A stretch of DNA of 63,510 nt, counting the filler, from Licmophora abbreviata (Eukaryota): NCBI GenBank assembly GCA_900291995.1. It is 15 parts of 15 records of this genome, joined end to end, with 100 filler letters (N's around TTAATTAATTAA, not from the genome) between each part and the next. Parts side by side here need not be neighbours in the genome. Positions count along the whole stretch, not along the records: positions 56,042 to 57,779 come from OLMU01004503.1; positions 57,880 to 59,764 come from OLMU01004504.1; positions 59,865 to 61,883 come from OLMU01004507.1; positions 61,984 to 63,510 come from OLMU01004510.1; 11 more parts are not named here. The stretch is one strand, 5' to 3'. The stretch's first letter is position 1. Each line of letters starts with the position of its first letter. Shown here piece after piece: positions 57,542 to 63,510 of the stretch. A program made the position numbers and the translations under genes. The notes under the pieces are model-generated. The model had not been told where the DNA came from. It did no database searches and saw only the letters and a list, made by a program, of their open reading frames with translations.

Positions 57542-58250
57542 CTAGGATCCCTTGCGCAGCGCCGAAGGTGTCGTGTCATAGACCTGCCTGAAGGCCCGGG
57601 CCAGAGCCGCCGGGCTGTCATAGCCGCAGCGCAGGCTGATCTCGGCGATGCCGAGTGCCGTGGCCTCCAGCATCCGCCGTGCCGCAGCCAGCCGTAGATG
57701 CCGGTAGACCGTTCCCGGAGCAGCACCCAACCGCGACCGAAAACGGCGATCAAGGGTGCGGGGTTGCCATGAGAGCGCTNNNNNNNNNNNNNNNNNNNNN
57801 NNNNNNNNNNNNNNNNNNNNNNNTTAATTAATTAANNNNNNNNNNNNNNNNNNNNNNNNNNNNNNNNNNNNNNNNNNNNGCCGCCGCCAGAAGCCATGGC
57901 CCCGCATCCAGTCCCACCACCGTGCGCGCCTTTTTCGCCGCCATGCGAAGCGCCTGCCGGTTCTGTCGCGAGTCGTGGGCCTCGTGGTGATAACTGGCCA
58001 GAACGAAAAGATAATCCCGCTCGCGCATGTCCGACAGGGCGGCATGGGGCATCACCTGCATGCCGCTCGAGGACAGCACCGGCGCACCAGATGGCGTCAC
58101 GATCTGCCAGTCGAAGGCCCGCGTTCGGGTGATCGTATTCGCGGCGCGCAGCGGCTCAAGGCAGTTGGCCAGACACAAGTTCGAGAACTCGTCGAACAAA
58201 AGGAAGGTGATGCGCACGGGCGCGTAGACTGATTTGGTCCATTCCGGCAT
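57542..58250 (-). CDS. GlxA-family AraC regulator (CdhR-like), split by the spacer
   Basis: EPLRAAN and GLDAGPWLLA at the N-terminus; AraC HTH (CGY...ARAFRQVY..TPS) at the C-terminus. Confidence 0.85.
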
Positions 58251-58327
58251 GATTTTTGTCCAATACAGCAAAACATGGCCGCGCACCAGCGCGATACGCT
58301 GACCTTGATCGAGAACAGGAGGGGTCG

Positions 58328-59239
58328 ATGCCGTTAGCCATGAACCGCGAGGTTTTCATCACCTGTGCCGTCACCGGGTCTGGTGCCACGCAGGATCGCA
58401 GCCCTCATGTGCCCCGGTCTCCAAAGCAGATCGCGGATGCCGCGATCGCGGCGGCCAAGGCGGGGGCGGCGGTGGTGCATTGCCATGTGCGCGATCCCGA
58501 GACGGGGGTGCCGTCGCGGGATCTGGGATTGTTCCGCGAGGTGACGGAGCGGATCAGGGATGCGGACACCGATGTGGTGCTGAACCTGACCGCAGGCATG
58601 GGTGGCGACATTACCTTTGGCGGGGTCGAGGCGCCGTTGCCGGTCAATGCCGCCGGAACCGACATGGCGGGGGCCATGGAACGGGTGGCGCATGTGGCCG
58701 AATGCCTGCCGGAAATCTGCACGCTGGATTGCGGCACGATGAACTTCGCCGAGGCCGATTACGTCATGGCCAACACCCCCGGCATGCTGCAGGCGATGGG
58801 CCGCATGATGACCGAGCTGGGCGTCAAGCCCGAGATCGAAGCCTTTGACACGGGCCATTTATGGTATGCAAAACAACTGGTTGCGGATGGTATCCTGGAA
58901 CCTGACGCGCTGGTGCAGCTGTGTATGGGCGTGCCATGGGGTGCGCCGGATGATCTCAATACCTTCATGGCGATGGTCAACAATGTGCCGCCCGAATGGA
59001 CCTTTTCGGCTTTTGCACTGGGGCGCAACCAGATGCCTTACGTGGCCGCCAGCGTGCTGGCGGGGGGCAATGTGCGCGTGGGGCTCGAGGACAATCTGAT
59101 GCTGGATCGCGGCGTGCTGGCGACCAATGCCCAACTGGTCGAGCGGGCCGTGAGCATCATCGAGAACCTCGGCGCGCGGGTCATCGGGCCCGAGGATGTG
59201 CGCCGCAAGCTTAACCTTCGCAAACAGGCTCCGGCGTGA
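58328..59239 (+). CDS. 3-keto-5-aminohexanoate cleavage (BKACE) family enzyme, CdhC-like
   Basis: [30 protein letters not shown]. Confidence 0.9.
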   Translation: MPLAMNREVFITCAVTGSGATQDRSPHVPRSPKQIADAAIAAAKAGAAVVHCHVRDPETGVPSRDLGLFREVTERIRDADTDVVLNLTAGMGGDITFGGVEAPLPVNAAGTDMAGAMERVAHVAECLPEICTLDCGTMNFAEADYVMANTPGMLQAMGRMMTELGVKPEIEAFDTGHLWYAKQLVADGILEPDALVQLCMGVPWGAPDDLNTFMAMVNNVPPEWTFSAFALGRNQMPYVAASVLAGGNVRVGLEDNLMLDRGVLATNAQLVERAVSIIENLGARVIGPEDVRRKLNLRKQAPA

Positions 59240-59247
59240 AAATCGCG

Positions 59248-59287
59248 CGTCGGTATCACGTCGGTATCACGTCGGTATCGTGTCGGT
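59248..59287. repeat. 11-bp tandem repeat CGTCGGTATCA, about 3.5 copies
   Basis: Copies start at 59248, 59259, 59270 and partially at 59281. Confidence 0.85.
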
Positions 59288-59312
59288 GCGCGCAGCCTGA
59301 AACGGACCGCCG

Positions 59313-59764
59313 ATGAGCGCGCAGCGGGTCGTCATCACCGGCGGCGCGTCGGGCATCGGGCTGACGCTGGCGCGGCGCTTTGCGGCGCGCGGCGACCGGG
59401 TCGCGCTGTGCGATGCGGACGCCGCCGCAGTCGACGCGGCACAGGCCGCGCTGCCCGACACCATCGCGCGCCATGTCGATGTGACAGACGCCACCGGCAT
59501 GGAGGCGTTTCTGTCCGAGGTCGAAACAGCCTGGGGCGGGGTCGATGTGGTCTGCGCCAATGCCGGGACGGGCGGGCCTGCGGGCCGGATCGAGGATCTG
59601 GACTATAACGCATGGCGCGCCTGTCTGGATGTGAACCTGAACGGCGCGTTCCTGACCTGCCGGTGGGCCGCGCGAGTGATGCGGGCGCAGGGCGCGGGGC
59701 TGATCCTGATCACCTCGTCGACCTCGGGGCTGCATGGCGTGCCGTATCGCAGCCCCTATGTGGC
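59313..59764 (+). CDS. SDR oxidoreductase, partial
   Basis: TGGASGIG, ANAG, SPY. Confidence 0.9.
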
Positions 59765-59864
59765 NNNNNNNNNNNNNNNNNNNNNNNNNNNNNNNNNNNN
59801 NNNNNNNNTTAATTAATTAANNNNNNNNNNNNNNNNNNNNNNNNNNNNNNNNNNNNNNNNNNNN

Positions 59865-60282
59865 CGTGGCCACGATGAGCGTCGGGCGGGCGCGGCGCTG
59901 TTTCGATCACGCGTTGGCGCAGGCCGCCGCGCGGTGCCAGTTCGGCCAGCCGATCGGCAGGTTCCAGGGCGTTGGCTTTCAGATCGCCGACATGATCACC
60001 GAGATCGACGCGGCCGATTTCCTGACCCTCGCCGCCGCCTGGCGGCTGGACCGGGGCCTGCCCGCCAATCGCGAGATCGCCAGCGCCAAGCTTTACGCGA
60101 CCGAGATGCTGGCGCGGGTGACCGATGCCACGCTGCAGATCCATGGCGGGATGGGCCTGATGGACGATCTGCCGATCGAGCGGTTCTGGCGCGATGCGCG
60201 GGTCGAACGGATCTGGGACGGCACCAGCGAGATCCAGCGCCACATCATCAGTCGCGAGTTGCTGCGACCGCTGGGCGCCTGA
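59865..60282 (+). CDS. Acyl-CoA dehydrogenase, C-terminal part
   Basis: QFGQPIGRFQ, QIHGGMG, RIWDGTSEIQ. Confidence 0.92.
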
Positions 60283-60310
60283 GGCCGACCCCGGTGACAA
60301 GAGATTTCAT

Positions 60311-60502
60311 GCCTCCGGCGGGGATATTTTCAGCCAGAAGAAACGGGGAAGCGCGCGCGGCCCTTCCCCGTCCTGCGAAACGCTGGGGGGCGTTTCTCCC
60401 GGCGCGGTCATCGGCGTCCCCGCCTGTACCGCCCCATCAGACTGGCATGGAATGGTTAAGAAAGCCTTGTTTCTTCTGGCTGAAAATATCCCCGCCGGAG
60501 GC
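60311..60502. repeat. REPIN/MITE-like element with a perfect 34-bp terminal inverted repeat
   Basis: 60311-60344 is the exact reverse complement of 60469-60502. Confidence 0.85.
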
Positions 60503-60535
60503 TCCCGTCGGCTCCGTGCGCATGAAGGCTTGCAG

Positions 60536-61883
60536 ATGAGGCGCGATCTCAAACGTCTGCTGCGGCCGCGCTCGATCGCGGTGATCGGTGGCGGGGCATG
60601 GTGTGCCAATGTCGTCGAGCAATGCCGCAAGATGGGCTTTGACGGGGCGATCTGGCCGGTGCATCCGACGCGCGAGGCGCTGGCAGGCGTGCCGGCCTTC
60701 GCGGGCATCGAGGACGTGCCGGGCGTGCCCGATGCGGTGTTCATCGGGGTGAACCGGCATGCCACGGTCGAGATCGTCCGACACCTTGCGGGGATCGGCG
60801 CGGGCGGGGCGGTGTGTTTCGCCAGCGGGTTCCGCGAGGCGCAGGCCGAGACCGGCGATGGCGCGGGGCTGCAGGAGGCGCTTTTGCAGGCGGCGGGCGC
60901 GATGCCGATCCTGGGCCCGAATTGCTATGGGATGATCAACTATCTCGACGGGGCGCTCTTGTGGCCCGATCAGCATGGCGGGCAGCGCTGCGACCGGGGC
61001 GTCGCCATCGTCACCCAAAGCTCCAATATCGCGATCAACCTGACCATGCAGGCGCGCGGCCTGCCCATCGCCTATGTGGTGACTGCGGGCAATCAGGCGC
61101 AGACCGGGCTGGCCGATCTGGGCCGCGCGCTTTTGACGGATGATCGGGTCAGCGCGCTTGGTCTGCATGTCGAGGGGATCGGCGATCTGCGCGCCATCGA
61201 GGCGCTGGCCACAGAGGCGCGGGCAAGGCGCAAGCCGATTGTCGCGCTCAAGGCCGGGCGCTCGGATCACGCAAGGGCCGCGGCGGTGTCGCATACCGCG
61301 TCGATGGCGGGCAGCGATGCGGGGGGGCGGGCGCTTTTGGACCGCCTTGGCATCGCCCGGGTCGCGAGCCTGCCCGCGTTTTTGGAGACGCTCAAGCTGG
61401 TGCATTTCGCGGGGCCGCTGCGCTCGAATCGGATCGCGTCAATGTCCTGTTCGGGCGGCGAGGCGAGCCTTGTGGCCGACAGCGCCGAGGGGCGCCACAT
61501 CGTCTTGCCGCCGCTGAGCGAGGGGCAACGCGTGGGGTTGCGCGCGGCGCTTGGGCCCAAGGTGGCGCTGGCCAATCCGCTGGATTACCACACCTACATT
61601 TGGGACGACACACCCGCCATGGGGCGCGCCTTTGCGGCGATGCTGACGGGGGATCTGGGTCTTGGCTGTCTGATCGTCGATTTTCCGCGCGCCGACCGCT
61701 GCAGCATGGCCGCATGGGATTGCGCGATCGAGGCCAGCCGCCTTGCGGCGGGCGGCAGCACCACGCCCCTGGCGCTGATCGCGACCCTGCCCGAAGGGAT
61801 GCCCGAGCCGGTGGCGCAGCGCTGCGTCGAGGCCGGTCTGATCCCGCTTCTGGGGCTTGACGATGCGCTGAGCGCCATCGAGG
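60536..61883 (+). CDS. Acetate-CoA ligase (ADP-forming) family protein, partial
   Basis: PRSIAVIG, ASGFRE, GPNCYG, SHTAS, SGG, NPLDY. Confidence 0.88.
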
Positions 61884-61983
61884 NNNNNNNNNNNNNNNNN
61901 NNNNNNNNNNNNNNNNNNNNNNNNNNNTTAATTAATTAANNNNNNNNNNNNNNNNNNNNNNNNNNNNNNNNNNNNNNNNNNNN

Positions 61984-62137
61984 AGATGCGCGTGCCGGGC
62001 TCGGCCAGCCCCATCATCGAGCCGGGATTGGCGCAATGCGCCGTCACCTCGCGCCCGTCCTCGAGCCGGATATCGGCGAGGAAGCGTTTGTAGCGCCGGA
62101 TCAGGGTCGCCGACTCAAGAGGGGTTTGAAAGCGCAT
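61984..62137 (-). CDS. sfsA: DNA/RNA nuclease SfsA, N-terminal part
   Basis: RRYKRFLAD...AHCANPGSM. Confidence 0.92.
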
Positions 62138-62185
62138 GGCGACAGGCCTATACCGAAGCCACAATCCCATCAAGGAGCGCGCCTC

Positions 62186-62908
62186 ATGCCCAACCCCACC
62201 GCCGCCATGCTGGTCATCGGAGACGAGATCCTTTCCGGGCGCACCCGCGACGCCAACATGCATCATCTGGCCAAGGAACTGACCCATGTGGGCATCGACC
62301 TGTGCGAGGTGCGGGTGGTCAGCGACAAGGCCGATGCGATCACCGATGCGGTCAAGGCGCTCAGCGCGGCCTACACCCATGTGTTCACCTCGGGTGGGAT
62401 CGGCCCCACCCATGACGACATCACCGCCGACAACGTGGCGCGCGCCTTCGGCGTCCCGATCGACGTGCGCGACGATGCCCGCGCGATCCTGCAGGCGCAT
62501 TACGACCGTCAGGGGCTGGAGCTGAACGAGGCCCGGTTGCGCATGGCCCGCATCCCCGGAGGCGCGAAGCTGATCGACAATCCGGTGAGCGCCGCGCCGG
62601 GCTTTATCCTTGGTAATGTGCATGTGATGGCGGGCGTGCCCTCGATCTTCAATGCGATGCTGGCCAGCGTGTTGCCGACCCTGACAGGCGGCGCGCCGGT
62701 GCTGTCGCAATCGCTGATGATCCATCGCGGTGAGGGCGATATCGCCGGGCCGCTGGGGGCGCTGTCCGAGCGTTATCCCGATCTGTCCTTCGGCTCCTAC
62801 CCGTTTCAGCGCGATGGCGCCTATGGCGCGCAGGTCGTGATCCGCGGTCAGGACGGCGCGCGTCTGGATGCCGCCATGACCGAGTTGCACGCGATGTTCC
62901 CCGCATGA
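62186..62908 (+). CDS. CinA-like molybdopterin-binding-domain protein
   Basis: [24 protein letters not shown]. Confidence 0.9.
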   Translation: MPNPTAAMLVIGDEILSGRTRDANMHHLAKELTHVGIDLCEVRVVSDKADAITDAVKALSAAYTHVFTSGGIGPTHDDITADNVARAFGVPIDVRDDARAILQAHYDRQGLELNEARLRMARIPGGAKLIDNPVSAAPGFILGNVHVMAGVPSIFNAMLASVLPTLTGGAPVLSQSLMIHRGEGDIAGPLGALSERYPDLSFGSYPFQRDGAYGAQVVIRGQDGARLDAAMTELHAMFPA

Positions 62909-63510
62909 CGCCTGAGACGTTCCATGCCGTGATCGAGGCCACGTGGCCTGCCGCCGAAACCATGCCGCAAGGTCCATGGACGATCCGCAACGGGCAGGGC
63001 GGCGGCAAGCGTGTCTCTGCGGCCAGTGCCCGACAGCCGGTGACGGCGGCTGACCTCCCCCTTGCCGAGGCGGAAATGCGCGCCTTGGGACAGACGCCGC
63101 TGTTTCTCATTCGCAACGGTGATCTGGGGCTGGATGCGATGCTCGAAGGCTATGGCTATAACGTGGTCGACCCGGTCAACATGTATGCCGGTCCGATCGA
63201 CGCCATCGCCGTGCCGCCGCCGCACGCCACCAGCTTCGCCATATGGGAGCCGCTGGCGATCCAGCTCGAGATCTGGGCCGAGGGCGGCATCGGCCCCGCC
63301 CGGATCGACGTGATGCGCCGCGCGAGCTTTCCCAAAACCTCCATTCTGGTGCGTGATGGTCAGCGCCCCGCCGCGACCGCCTTTTGCGCGCTCCATGACG
63401 GGGTGGCGATGATTCATGCGCTCGAGGTGCGGGCCTCCTGCCGTCGCCGCGGCATGGGGCGGCACGCGGTGCATCAGGCCGCGATCTGGGCGCGGGCCAA
63501 TGGCGCCACG
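62905..63510 (+). CDS. GNAT family acetyltransferase, runs off the window
   Basis: [20 protein letters not shown] acetyl-CoA motif; ATGA overlap with the upstream gene. Confidence 0.8.
   Translation, partial: MTPETFHAVIEATWPAAETMPQGPWTIRNGQGGGKRVSAASARQPVTAADLPLAEAEMRALGQTPLFLIRNGDLGLDAMLEGYGYNVVDPVNMYAGPIDAIAVPPPHATSFAIWEPLAIQLEIWAEGGIGPARIDVMRRASFPKTSILVRDGQRPAATAFCALHDGVAMIHALEVRASCRRRGMGRHAVHQAAIWARANGAT

Overview
This window is an artificial concatenation of 15 contigs joined by 100-nt N spacers containing the six-frame stop linker TTAATTAATTAA, and it mixes two organisms. Positions 1-38271 are eukaryotic, most likely a diatom: short GT-AG introns, bipartite plastid-targeting signals and a chrysolaminarin-type glucan synthase. 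This part encodes Sec15, two fasciclin proteins, a 1,3-beta-glucan synthase, DPH7, a bestrophin with a repeat-bearing acidic tail, a kinesin-13-like motor, an NB-ARC-TPR (NLR-like) protein, a GT61, a sugar porter, a plastid pseudokinase and mitochondrial L19. Positions 38372-63510 are high-GC Rhodobacteraceae (Roseobacter-group) DNA with cob, hem and mod genes and a carnitine/betaine-type catabolic cluster. The most unusual part is an integrative element next to tRNA-Met (about 50139-55941, split by one gap). It carries two tyrosine recombinases, a WGR protein, a CDGSH Fe-S protein, DUF3768, DUF6641 and a clamp-loader-type AAA+ ATPase. It also has two separate arrays of a quasi-palindromic 13-14-bp repeat (AACACAGTGTTTG), a promoter signature shared by two genes (TTTCGGTCGACC-N18-TAnnnT) and hairpin-rich noncoding tracts. 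Family and DUF names are from motif recognition, not database searches.
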